A DNA stretch of 64,000 bases from Ophelia neglecta. Taxonomy: Eukaryota. Shown here piece by piece: positions 21,801-32,616 of this stretch. How positions within the stretch are numbered: position 1 is the stretch's first letter; every line of letters begins with the position of its first letter. The notes under the pieces are model-generated. The model ran no database searches, had not been told where the DNA came from, and worked only from the letters and a program-made list of their open reading frames with translations. Location of the stretch: the NCBI GenBank assembly GCA_965285935.1, contig OZ260662.1, forward strand, positions 30,938,001-31,002,000. Reading direction: 5' to 3'. The position numbers and the translations under genes were made by a program.

Positions 21801-24726
21801 GTTTCGGTCCTTCATTGACAACATCATTGACTGATATACCATCACATTTGGCGGCCGCATCGAATACTATGCGCACCTTTGTCGTACTCTTGTCAGGCCG
21901 TAATACAGGAAAATGTGGCAGATACCAAAGTTCATTGGGTTCCTGTTCCTGTGGCGCCACCTGTCGAATGTACCCCTTGTCTAGGTAACTTTGCAATACA
22001 TTTCGGTATGCCTGACTTAGTTCTGGATGTCTGAGCAATCTTTTTTCTGTATTGCTCAGTCTTTGCAATGCCACTTCGTAATTGTTTGGCAATGCAGGCC
22101 TGTCCTTCTTCCATGGTATACCAACACTGTAATGTCCATCATTGTACTGTAAAGTTTCTGTAACAATTTCATTGGCATATTTTTCATCTGGCTTTATCAA
22201 TTTCCCAATGGTTTGTGGCTCTTCAATGTCCCAAAATTTACGAACAAGCTGATCGAGTTCCATAGTATCATTCTGAAAGAATGTAAAGTTAGTGTGAGGT
22301 TGTCCAGAACTGCCCTGCATATTGCCAATGCAAGTCCATCCTAATGGCGTCAGTCTGGCAATTGGTTCTCCAGATTCACCTTTAATTTCACGCAGAGAAC
22401 AATGCAGATCACTCTGGTCTATCCCAATTAGAATGTCTACTATTGGCCGGTGTCCTGCCTGCGGAAATTTGATGCCAGCTAGATGTTTCCATCTGTCTTG
22501 CTGCTGTTTCCAATTTACAACCTGCATGTTGCCTGTGACACGCTTTGTGGAATAAGCAGTGATCGGCTTAACAACTTTGCCATCTATGCTCTGGATCTGA
22601 AAGTCAACTGCTTCACTTTCTATTCTGGCGGTGTTGTTGTTCAGAACATTTACGGTTAAGTCCTGAGGTCTTCCCACAAGGCCTAGCTGAGCCACGACAT
22701 CTTCATTTATAAATGTTCTGGTGCTAGCATCGTCAAGTAACGCATTCACTACCACATTCCTATTGCCACTGACTAGGCGTACTGCCACTGTTCGTAAAGC
22801 AATAAACTCTGAACCACTCGAACTGAGAGTAGTAGTATGAGTATGATCTACTGAATCTGCTTGCTTTTCCCTTGGAGGTTCCGCACCATGTGTTTGAGGA
22901 GTTGGTGAATTCTCGGTGACTGGCTCGAATGTTTTCCCTGTTATTGGGGTTTCGGGTGCTTTTTCCGTTCTCTTGGCATGCAAAAGTCTATTGTGATTGG
23001 ACTTGCAGCCATCAATCCCACATGTGCGACTTCTTTGGCATTGATCACCACGGTGTGAGTTGGACAAACAACGGAAACAAAGCTTGAGCAATTTTGCTTT
23101 TTCCCAACGCTGATCGTTGTTCAAGTTTTTGAATTCTTCACAAGCCCAAACTGCATGTTTTGCATGGCATATGACACAGTTTCTGTTGTATGTTTTATTT
23201 TCTGATTGTACTTGCTGTGTCATAAATGTTCTTGCTGATTGGCCTTTTTTCGGACCGTCTTTTAAAATGCCCTTGACGGTTTCTACGGCAGTGCTGAGAA
23301 ATTCTGATTCTTGGTTCACAAATGCTCTTAAAGTTTCGACAGTTTCTGAGAAATTGTGCTCGAAAATCCAGCGATTGTATTTAGACAGAAGGTTTTCATT
23401 CAATTTTCTCTGCAATGAAACATACAGAGCTCCCCCTCCGAGCTCCCCTTCTTGACCAACTTCATACATATTGACTACCAATACGTCAAGGAGTTCTGCG
23501 AATTTTTCTAAGTCCTGGGCACTATTTTCCCTAATTTGTTTGAAATTGTCCAATTCCTCTAACCTAAGCACCATCTGTCGCCTTTTACCACCATACTTTC
23601 TCTCAAGGCGGTCTGTGGCAATATTGTAGGCAGCTGCCGAATGTCCTAAACTTTCAATAACTTTCAAAGCTTCTCCCTCCAGTGAGTCCCGTAAACGTAA
23701 AAGTTTGTATTCTGGTGGTACACTGGTTCTGTCCACACATGCAATGAATGCAGCTTTCCATGCCTCATAATTCTTCTTTTCTCCTTTGAATTTTGGGATA
23801 GGCACTCGTGTGAGTAGTCTCATTGAGTCAAATTGGTGTGACTGCGGCGAAAGCGAAGGGTTACAGCTTGGCTGTGCGTAAAACAAAGATCCATGTTGTT
23901 GTGGTGACATAACGGATGGTTGTGGCGGAAATCCACTCTCCTGTGGTGGAGTAATCTGGGCTGGATATGCCGGTGTAACTGGCTGCTGAGGGGTAAACGG
24001 CTGTCTATCTGGTATCGAAGATATTTGAGCGGATTCATATGGGTAGGGCGTAGATGCGACAGCATGAAGGAATGACGGTGCAGGTCTTGTGGCAGCATGG
24101 TAATAGGTGGACGGATTTGACGTAACGTACCTCTGAGGGGCCGGAGATCGGGACGAATATGACGAATATACCCCTGGGGTACCGAAAATTCCACCATTCC
24201 CTGCCATAGTACCTGGCTTGTCATCCTGATTATCAGCATCAGCATCTGCCAGTTTGACATTAGTATTATCATGATTTGTAGTTTCTGGTCTTGTGTCATC
24301 TTCAGATTTAATTTGTGTGGATGACTTCACCTTGAGACTAGAAATTGTCTCCTCTAAATCTTTAGACAGTTTATTGATTTTGGCTTCTGTTTTTGTAATT
24401 TCATTTTCAAGGCTGGGGGCTTTAGGACCTCTCAAAATGTGTCTCTGAACATCATTTTCAGCTTTTGAAAAGGCTTGTTCAATGGCTGATATCTCCACTT
24501 CCAGAGCGGCCATTTTGTCAACTTCACTATACACAGAATACATTTGACCTAGTTCCTCAAAAGCCAGTATCACATCCTGTAAGGCAGCTGACAGCTGACC
24601 AAAAATTGCCCTGATTTGTGATTTTGTTGACAAGCCATCATCTAATGAAGTGTATAATGTGTTCTTTACCTTCTCAAAGACAGCCTTTGCTTTCAGTTTC
24701 CTTGTTCTGAGTCCTAAAGAAGCCAT
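18889..24726 (-). CDS. BEL/Pao Gag-Pol polyprotein (about 1945 aa from the first ATG)
   Basis: Gag segment PKFKGEKKNYEAWK, three Cys/His knuckles (CVICHAKHAVWAC, CFRCLSNSHRGDQC, CGIDGCKSNHNRLLH), protease ALLDDAS, RT YLPHFPV...YMDD, RNase H FVDASEMAYG, and integrase HHCC plus VDFAGP/SDNGTNF. Order is PR-RT-RH-IN, with no stops. Confidence 0.97.
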   Translation of the reverse strand: MASLGLRTRKLKAKAVFEKVKNTLYTSLDDGLSTKSQIRAIFGQLSAALQDVILAFEELGQMYSVYSEVDKMAALEVEISAIEQAFSKAENDVQRHILRGPKAPSLENEITKTEAKINKLSKDLEETISSLKVKSSTQIKSEDDTRPETTNHDNTNVKLADADADNQDDKPGTMAGNGGIFGTPGVYSSYSSRSPAPQRYVTSNPSTYYHAATRPAPSFLHAVASTPYPYESAQISSIPDRQPFTPQQPVTPAYPAQITPPQESGFPPQPSVMSPQQHGSLFYAQPSCNPSLSPQSHQFDSMRLLTRVPIPKFKGEKKNYEAWKAAFIACVDRTSVPPEYKLLRLRDSLEGEALKVIESLGHSAAAYNIATDRLERKYGGKRRQMVLRLEELDNFKQIRENSAQDLEKFAELLDVLVVNMYEVGQEGELGGGALYVSLQRKLNENLLSKYNRWIFEHNFSETVETLRAFVNQESEFLSTAVETVKGILKDGPKKGQSARTFMTQQVQSENKTYNRNCVICHAKHAVWACEEFKNLNNDQRWEKAKLLKLCFRCLSNSHRGDQCQRSRTCGIDGCKSNHNRLLHAKRTEKAPETPITGKTFEPVTENSPTPQTHGAEPPREKQADSVDHTHTTTLSSSGSEFIALRTVAVRLVSGNRNVVVNALLDDASTRTFINEDVVAQLGLVGRPQDLTVNVLNNNTARIESEAVDFQIQSIDGKVVKPITAYSTKRVTGNMQVVNWKQQQDRWKHLAGIKFPQAGHRPIVDILIGIDQSDLHCSLREIKGESGEPIARLTPLGWTCIGNMQGSSGQPHTNFTFFQNDTMELDQLVRKFWDIEEPQTIGKLIKPDEKYANEIVTETLQYNDGHYSVGIPWKKDRPALPNNYEVALQRLSNTEKRLLRHPELSQAYRNVLQSYLDKGYIRQVAPQEQEPNELWYLPHFPVLRPDKSTTKVRIVFDAAAKCDGISVNDVVNEGPKLQNDLVAVLLRFRRESIALTSDVAEMYLQIRLKSEDRPFHRFLWRDLDQSKPPDVYEFSRVVFGMGSSPFMAQFISQFHARQHQAEYPLAAETVLQGTYMDDSLDSVADEDTAIELYKQLSGLWASAGMHARKWISNSPTVLQNIPSADCISAVNLDKDPVPCIKTLGVLWIPESDTFHFSVNPPDSEYEITKRSFLNKIATLFDPLGFLVPFTVQARILLQDIWAAGLAWDETPDVELAKRAQKWFSELEDLAHITIPRCLKIRKELDNVALHFFVDASEMAYGGAAYTRHQYTDGTVTCRLVSAKSRVAPLNAVSIPRLELMAAIVGLKMLEPVAKALNISKSDCQFWSDSMDVLYWIRGNSRKFKPFVANRVGDIQASTEPSQWRYVPTDENPADMLTRGLSLSSLIDEDKWWNGPKFLHTDTAGWPETPILTKSNQDKELRKQYRELDCTVSTGAPDKDVALVTSTEPAMCDKLDPSRFSNWVKLTRLMARVMRFVDNCRLPEPLRRTGPIQPAELADSQRHFIKIAQQEQFGEDIRKLRAGQQLPSNSQLRPLKPMLDEEGILRCDGRLCFAECMSWETRYPVILPRRHHVTTLIVKEAHEQCQHGGTNQVLSHLSRCFWIVSAREAIRGWERQCMRCKLRKASPASQVMAPLDELRTRMSLRAFTQTAVDFAGPFITRQRRGRIREKRYLCLFTCLQTRAVHLELAYRLDTDSFLNSFFRMVSRRGLPRDMVSDNGTNFIGADRELRELVAALDQNKIQESTANRGVQWHFNPPGAPHINGAHEIMIKAAKRAIKAILGDADVTDEELLTAIVGAEGLINSRPLTYQSANCDDYVPLTPNHFLHGQIGGEFAPESVDSTDFSPRKRWRRIQELTRQFWNRWLREWLPGLNTRKKWSQTRDDIHVGEVVLVLMPDTPRGKWPLGRVIRTFPGRDGHVRTADIKVGQTILRRPIAKLCPLEQGRDE

Positions 24727-24848
24727 TTTCCTAATGGAAATTTCCACAGTTAAAGCAGCCTCAACACAATGTAGACAGAAAATACTTGATCACAAAGTTC
24801 CTCCAAATTCCACCACAAAATCCATGAAACACAACAATAACCACGTTG

Positions 24849-24859
24849 CTCTGCTACCA
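24849..24859 (-). other. Primer binding site TGGTAGCAGAG (initiator tRNA-Met)
   Basis: Complementary to the 3' end CTCTGCTACCA of animal tRNA-iMet, 4 nt inside the 5' LTR. Confidence 0.8.
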
Positions 24860-24863
24860 GCAA

Positions 24864-25106
24864 TGTTCCGGCGAAAGTTTAACACTAAACAAGAAATGTC
24901 ACGACTAATGTTACCTCTATATTTCTAAGTTTATTTCCTGCTCATAATCATCCATGGCAAACAAAACAAGTACCAAACTCAACCTGAAGGCCTTGACCTT
25001 CTTCCATTCAATAACAAGTTGCAGCACACCTGGTGGTCACTGACTGAACTTAAAGCTAAAAGTGTCCTACTACTTAAACTAGGCAATTTAACCAGTCTGC
25101 ACAACA
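24864..25106 (-). repeat. 5' LTR of the BEL/Pao element
   Basis: 243 bp, identical by eye to 18392-18634, adjacent to the PBS. Confidence 0.95.
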
Positions 25107-28100
25107 GCCCTGATGTCAGCCTAGAGTTCAGAGAGCGGTCATCTCTAGGCCCTAGGCCCCAGTGTGATGGACAAGAGTCAGAAGAACACTCCCGGGCAAG
25201 TGAGAGCTTCGACGCCATGGACCCCCTGGACTCCGAGGAGGATCCTGACCTTTCCCTTCTCACTGCCTCATGGACCTCTTCTCACACCCGGCTGCACACC
25301 ACCGCTGACTCCGATGCCACCTTCTTTATGCATGCGCCTTTATTCCGGAAGGCAGTCACCAAGAAAGAAGCCCATAACAAGAGAAAAAAGATTCTTTCCA
25401 AGCTGAAGAAGTTTAAGCAGCATCTCAACAGTGTTGCTGGGGGCAAGATGCACACGTTAGCTGTCCTCTAGGATGGAAAATGATCCTGTAAAAACATGCC
25501 TGTGGTAGAGACTGCTACAGCAAACATGCCCTGAAAACATTCCATGCAAACAGTGTTAGGGAAAGAGAACTTTAAAGAATCTAGCATTTATTTTTAAATG
25601 ATTGCTTTTTTAATGTTACCCTTGATATTTTAAATATTTGAGCCACCGAGGTGCCTGTTTTGGTTATATTTATGCATTTGATAAGCCACCAATGTCTTTT
25701 AAGTCAACAAGACCTATTAGGAGCCTAACAAATCAATTGATTGCTCCATTTATTAATAAGTGAGTTTCATCTATATCATAGTCATCATGTTAGTTATTAT
25801 GTAAATATGTAAATATGTTGAAAATTGTAAATAAATCATAGGCCTCCTGTTATTAAACATGCTGTTTTTCATTAATTATCAATTTAAAATTGATTATAAA
25901 GTAAATTTCAGTGCTGAGAGCTACAACTTGCGGAGAATATATATTTCTTAATACGAAATTCAGTGGTTTAATATACGATAAATATCAAATCACACAATTT
26001 ACCATAAGGCCACTGTGCAGAACTTGTTGAACAATGAGGGCAACAAGGTCTGCATATTGGATGTAAAACGGGACTTATATTGGCGCCAGGGAAAATCCAA
26101 AATACGATCTCGCAAATTTAGATTTATCCTCGGATTTTCAAGTTTTTATCCAAACTGCGCACATAGAAGGGTTCAGTCTTTAGACAGGCTTTACGCCATA
26201 GACGACAGCATGTATAGGTTCACAGATTTTTAACAGGAAAATCGATTGTACATCGGTTTAAAATAGTCGAAAATAGTTTATTTCGATTTTTCCTTGTTTC
26301 TCGGAATATTTCTACAAAAAAGTTGTCCTGCAGAAAATAGTTTACCTCGTTAGATTACATGTTTTTGTGGAAGTTAATTGTATTTTTCTATTTTCTTTTG
26401 ACCTTTTAGCCATTACTGACTCCCATTGTCCGCCCTCCCGTTCACTGGGCACGATGATCAACTCTGTTGGCGGTTCATCCCTTCGTGGGCTGGTGGGCCA
26501 TTCATTGTCAATGGGATTGTGTAGGTCTACATGACGGGCGTCTTGGTGACCATCATACAGTGGTCTTTGAACATGGTGGCTTTTGAATTTTGTCCCGTCC
26601 GTTATTGTCGCGGTCGACCGAAATACGCCATCTGTTAGAATGGTAGTAGCTGCTTGGGCTTTTCCACTATTTGTCCATGTGCAGAATGTTGATATTTTTT
26701 TAATAGTTCCATTTGTATGTTGGTAGCTATCGCCGATCAATTTGACTAATGTTTTGTTTTAAGCCTCGAGGGTTTTTATTTTCTGCTGCATCTTCCTTGA
26801 CTCATTTTCAAAGTTCATTCTCAAAGCTTCAAGTCTGTCATTTGTTTGTTGTTATTCTGTAACGGTGGTTCCGATAAATTCGATAAGGCGGATGAACAGG
26901 TCTAAAGCTGCTTTACCTGTTAGCCCTTTGATATCTTTGTTGCTCATTAGATTAGTTTGTTCATCTTTTCACTGAGTGAAGAATGATCTTGGGAACTAAT
27001 TTTCATTTCTCTCACTTACATGAATAGTTCGACCACATATTCAACCAGTACATCTATTTTCCTGCGCTCTTTTGGAATTTTTATTTAATCTTTTGTATAT
27101 TGAGGGCTTTACAGATTTTTTCGAATTGTTCAATGGCTTCCTTTGCCAGAGTGTTTCATGTATCCCGCATAACCTCTTCGTCAAAGTATTGTTTTATTTC
27201 CGCGATTACTCCCTTTCAGAGGAATTCTCTGGTTTTTGCTTTATTCTACCTTCTATGCTGGGTATTTCCACGGAGAATACAGTTTGTCCGCTCTCTTGAG
27301 AGTCCAGGATATTTCGGGATATTTCTGTGATTATTTCGATGCCACAATAGTACGGTAGATGCATTTTGTCGTCCGCTTTTGGGTGCTAGACTCATCAGTT
27401 GTACTGCTTCTGGATCCTCGGCGGCCCTGGGCGCTTTCACACCTTTTTGGTTGACTGGTCCAGCCGCGGTTTTACAGTAATCAACCCAGTATAAATAACT
27501 TTTCAGTGTGCGATAAAATGGTATTAGAATATTTTTCCGGTAGAAACTTCAGATAAACCTGTGTGCGATCATCCTTCAAGGATGGCAAGAGGTCTCCGTG
27601 TTCCGTGTACCTTCTGTCGGGTTCCGTGTGGGTGGACCTGCTGCATCTCAGGGATTTAACAGTAGATTTTCTCACAGTGCCGCTGTGGATACACGTATCA
27701 CCAAGTCAACGCGTAACTCTGAAAAGTGATGGATATTGAACATTGAAGTCACTACATGTAATGAGTGAGAAATTGCCAGTGTCAGAACTTAATTTGATCA
27801 TCACCCAAAAGACTTCATGGCTGCTGAGTTTCACACCTTTTGATGAACACTGGTCAACAATTTTAACACCTATTACGGCTATGCAGGCAATGATGAAAAA
27901 CACCGTTACTAGTGTGAGTAGTTTGATTTCACATCTTTGAGCCTATAGGTACTTAATATGCCTATATGCTTTCACACCTCATCATGCGTTGTTAGAGCCA
28001 GGAAACAAGAGTTGAGTGGTGTCCAATAACTGTAAGTGCTAAATACAATCCACTCAACTTATGTCTGATGACTGGTGAGACTAACACATACCTCGGTATA

Positions 28101-28310
28101 ATAGGCTAGGAGTTGGAGAAATCCTTAGATCTGATATTGAGCTAACCCACACTACACCACAATATAACCAAAGAGAGAGATACTGAGAGAGATACTGAGA
28201 GAGAGAGAGTAAGAGAGGACCTGCCTGCCTGACTTCATCTAAGAGCTGTATATCTCTACATTTTGCATTTCCTTGAAGTTCTTCTAAATCATCATCATCA
28301 TCCATTCACT

Positions 28311-29403
28311 ATGGACAGAGTTGTACTTGGTCAGGAGGCCTTTGACTGCCAGAACAAGAGAACCCCAAAGGTGAATATTTTTATATTATCAGACATACTT
28401 ATTACATAAATATTAATAAGATTACTTAGCATATACTAATTGCCATTTTTTTTATTCCAATATTTTCTCAATAAACAGAAACCGAATAATCCTTATTCAT
28501 ATACCTTCTCATACAGAGTTATCAGTGAGTGGTGAGCTTCAATATTTGGCGATAACGTTACTCTCCTTTATTTCTTTTTTTAATTTTTGATAATTTCAAT
28601 ATTTTTTAAATTTATGATTATATGTTGTATTTCAAAATGTAAACAAATATTCTCACACACCGTTTGTCTATTCTCAGGTTCTTTGGAGAAGGATTGGAAC
28701 TTCTGTTTACCCTTGCCCTACTGAGTGCTTGGAGACTTCCACTCATTCGGATCACAGCATAGAGTTGTCTTCCGACTTCTACGACAGACTTCCGGACATC
28801 AGTCTAGAGATGAGCAGTGTTCACCGTGTTTGCCATAACAACACACGATGCTCAGATGACACCGGACTCTCGGTCTCCTCATCCCACGGCAGCTTCAGTA
28901 GGACTACCTGCAGCAAGCTTCAGAGTCCTCAAACTTCCACTAAAACGGACCTCAGCCAGACCCCACCCAGTGTCTGTTGGTCGTCCATCCGGACATCTGG
29001 TGACTTCTGGGAGCACTGCATACCCGAGGTGCGCCACAACAGCCCTGATGTCAGCCTAGAGTTCAGAGAGCGGTCATCTCTAGGCCCTAGGCCCCAGTGT
29101 GATGGACAAGAGTCAGAAGAACACTCCCGGGCAAGTGAGAGCTTCGACGCCATGGACCCCCTGGATTCCGAGGATCCTGGCCTTTCCCTTCTCACTGCCT
29201 CGTGGACCTCTTCTCACACCCGGCTACACACCACCGCTGACTCCGATGCCACCTTCTTCATGCATGCGCCTTTATTCCGGAAGGCAGTCACCCAGAAAGA
29301 AGCCCATAACAAGAGAAAAAAGATTCTTTCCAAGCTGAAGAAGTTTAAGCAGCATCTCAACAGTGTTGCTGGGGGCAAGATGCACACGTTAGCTGTCCTC
29401 TAG
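28311..29403 (+). CDS. Array gene copy 4 (exons 28311-28370, 28678-29403; 261 aa)
   Basis: Splice sites conserved, open frame, 3-bp deletion (DSEDP). Confidence 0.8.
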
Positions 29404-31542
29404 GATGGAAAATGATTACCTGTAAAAACATGCCTGTGGTAGAGACTGCTACAGCTAACATGCCCTGAAAACATTCCATGCAAACAGTGTCAGGGAAAGA
29501 GAACTTTAAAGAATCTAGCATTTATTTTTAAATGATTGCTTTTTTAATGTTATCCTTGATATTTTGAATATTTGAGCCACCGAGGTGCCTGTTATGATTA
29601 TATTTATGCATTTGATAAGCCACCAATGTCTTTTAAGTCTACAAGACCTATTAGGAGCCTAACAAATCAATTGATTGCTCCATTTATTAATAAGTGAGTT
29701 TCATCTATATCATAGTCATCATGTTAGTTATTATGTAAATATGTAAATATGTTGAAAATTGTAAATAAATCATAGGCCTCCTGTTATTAAACATGCTGTT
29801 TTTCATTAATTATCAATTTAAAATTGGTTATAAAGTAAATTTCAGTGCTGAGAGCTACAACTTGCGGAGAATATATATTTCTTAATACGAAATTCAGTGG
29901 TTTAATATACGATAAATATCAAATCACACAATTTACCATAAGGCCACTGTGCAGAACTTGTTGAACAATGAGGGCAACAAGGTCTGCATATTGGATGTAA
30001 AACGGGACTTATATTGGCGCCAGGGAAAATCAAAAATACGATCTCACAAATTTAGATTTATCCTCGGATTTTCGAGTTTTTATCCAAACTGCGCACATAG
30101 AAGGGTTCAGTCTTTAGACAGGCTTTACGCCATAGACGACAGCATGTATAGGTTCACAGATTTTTAACAGGAAAATCGATTGTCCATCGGTTTAAAATAG
30201 TCGAAAATAGTTTATTTCGATTTTTCCTTGTTTCTCGGAATATTTCAACAAAAAAGTTGTTCTGCAGAAAATAGTTGACCGTGTTAGATTTCATGTTTTT
30301 GTGGAACTTAATTGTCTTTTCTATTTTCTTTTGACCTTTTAGCCATTACTGACTCCCATTGTCCGCCCTCCCGTTCACTGGGCACGATGATTAACTCTGT
30401 TGGCGGTTCATCCCTTCGTGGGCTGGTGGGCCATTCAGTGTCAATGGGTATGGGTAGGTCTACAAGATGACGGGTGTCTTGGGGACCATCATACAGTGGT
30501 CTTTTGATATGGTGGCTTTTGAATTTTGTCCCGTCCGTTATTGTCGCGGTCGACCGAAATACGCCGTCTGTTAGTATGGTAGTAGCTGCATTTTGTCGTC
30601 CGCTTTTGGGTGCTAGACTCATCAGTTGTACTGCTTCTGGATGCTCGGCGGGCCTGGGCGCTTTCACACCTTTTTGGTTGACTGGTCCAGCCGCGGTTTT
30701 ACAGTAATCAACCCAGTTTAAATAACTTTTCAGTGTGCGATAAAATGGTATTAGAATATTTTTCCGGTAGAAACTTCAGATAAACCTGTGTGCGATCATC
30801 CTTCAAGGATGCCAAGAGGTCTCCGTGTTCCGTGTACCTTCTGTCGGGTTCCGTGTGGGTGGACCTGCTGCATCTCAGGGATTTAACAGTAGATTTTCTC
30901 ACAGTGCCGCTGTGGATACACGTATCACCAAGTCAACGCGTAACTCTGAAAAGTGATGGATATTGAACATTGAAGTCACTACATGTAATGAGTGAGAAAT
31001 TGCCAGTGACAGAACTTAGTTTGATCATCACCCAAAAGACTTCATGGCTGCTGAGTTTCACACCTTTTGATGAACACTGGTCAACAATTTTAACACCTAT
31101 TACGGCTATGCAGGCAATGATGCAAAACACCGTTACTAGTGTGAGTAGTTTGATTTCACATCTTTGAGCCTATAGTTACTTAATATGCCTATATGCTTTC
31201 ACACCTCATCATGCGTTGTTAGAGCCAGGAAACAAGAGTTGAGTGGTGTCCAATAACTGTAAGTGCTAAATACAATCCACTCAACTTATGTCTGATGACT
31301 GGTGAGACTAACACATACCTCGGTATAATAGGCTAGGAGTTGGAGAAATCCTTAGATCTGATTTTGAGCTAACCCACACTACACCACAATACAACCAAAG
31401 AGAGAGATACTGAGAGAGATACTGAGAGAGATACTGAGAGAGAAAGAGTAAGAGAGGACCTGCCTGCCTGACTTCATCTTCATATCTCTACATTTTGCAT
31501 TTCCTTGTAGTTCTTCTAAATCATCATCATCATCCATTCACT

Positions 31543-32616
31543 ATGGACAGAGTTGTACTTGATCAGGAGGCCTTTGACCGCCAGAACAAGAGAACCCCAA
31601 AGGTGAATATTTTTATATTATCAGACATACTTATTGCATAAATATTAATAAGATTACTTAGCATATACTAATTGCCATTTTTTTATTCCAATATATTCTC
31701 AATAAACAGAAACCGAATAATCCTTATTCATATACCTTCTCATACAGAGTTATCAGTGGTTGGTGAGCTTCAATATTTGGCGATAACGTTACTGTCCTTA
31801 ATATTTTTTTTTAATTTTTGATAATTTCAATATTTTTTAAATTTATGATTATATGTTGTATTTCAAAATGTAAACAAATATTCTCACACACCGTTTGTCT
31901 ATTCTCAGGTTCTTTGGAAAAGGATTGGAACTTCTGTTTACCCTTGCCCTACTGAGTGCTTGGAGACTTCCACTCATTCGGATCACAGCATAGAGTTGTA
32001 TTCCGACTTCTACGACAGACTTCCGGACATCAGTCTAGAGATGAGCAGTGTTCACCGTGTTTGTCATAACAACACACGATGCTCAGATGACACCGGACTC
32101 TCGGTCTCCTCATCCCACGGCAGCTTCAGTAGGACTACCTGCAGCAAGCTTCAGAGTCCTCAAACTTCCACTAAAACGGACCTCAGCCAGACCCCACCCA
32201 GTGTCTGTTGGTCGTCAACCCGGACATCTAGTGACTCCAGGGAGTACTGCCTACCCGAGGTGCCCCACAACAGCCCTGATGTCAGCCTAGAGTACAGAGA
32301 GCGGTCATCTCTAGGCCCTAGGCCCCAGTGTGATGGACAAGAGTCAGAAGAACCCTGCCGGCTAACTGAGAGCTTCGACGCCATGGATCCCCTGGACTCC
32401 GAGGAGGATCCTGGCCTTTCCCTTCTCACTGCCTCATGGACCTCTTCTCACACCCGGCTGCACACCACCGCTGACTCCGATGTCACATTCTTCATGCATG
32501 CGCCTTTATCCCGGAAGGCAGTCACCAAGAAGGAAGCCCATAACAAGAGAAAAAAGATTCTTACCAAGCTGAAGAAGTTTTGTGGAAGTTTATTGTATTT
32601 TTCTATTTTTTTTTGA
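31543..32616 (+). CDS. Array gene copy 5 with altered C-terminus (exons 31543-31602, 31909-32616; 255 aa), possibly a pseudogene
   Basis: A deletion at about 32580 replaces KQHLNSVAAGQMHTLAVL with CGSLLYFSIFF and removes the 3' UTR. Confidence 0.65.

Larger units (their letters stand above)
18392..25106 (-). mobile_element. Full-length BEL/Pao LTR retrotransposon (6715 bp) with 5-bp TSD GCCCT
   Basis: Identical 243-bp TG...CA LTRs. TSD at 18387-18391 and 25107-25111. PBS, PPT and a single intact gag-pol ORF are present. Confidence 0.97.
17658..25471 (+). pseudogene. Array gene copy 3, exon 2 interrupted by a BEL/Pao element (exon 1 17658-17717; exon 2 18023-18391 and 25112-25471)
   Basis: Removing 18392-25111 restores ...EVPPNSPDVSLEFRERSS...MHTLAVL. 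Confidence 0.88.

Noticed and set aside
20297-24928. Short ORFs overlapping the BEL polyprotein, including a possible env
   Set aside because: They are shadow frames, and only about 250 bp separate the pol stop from the 3' LTR, leaving no room for env.
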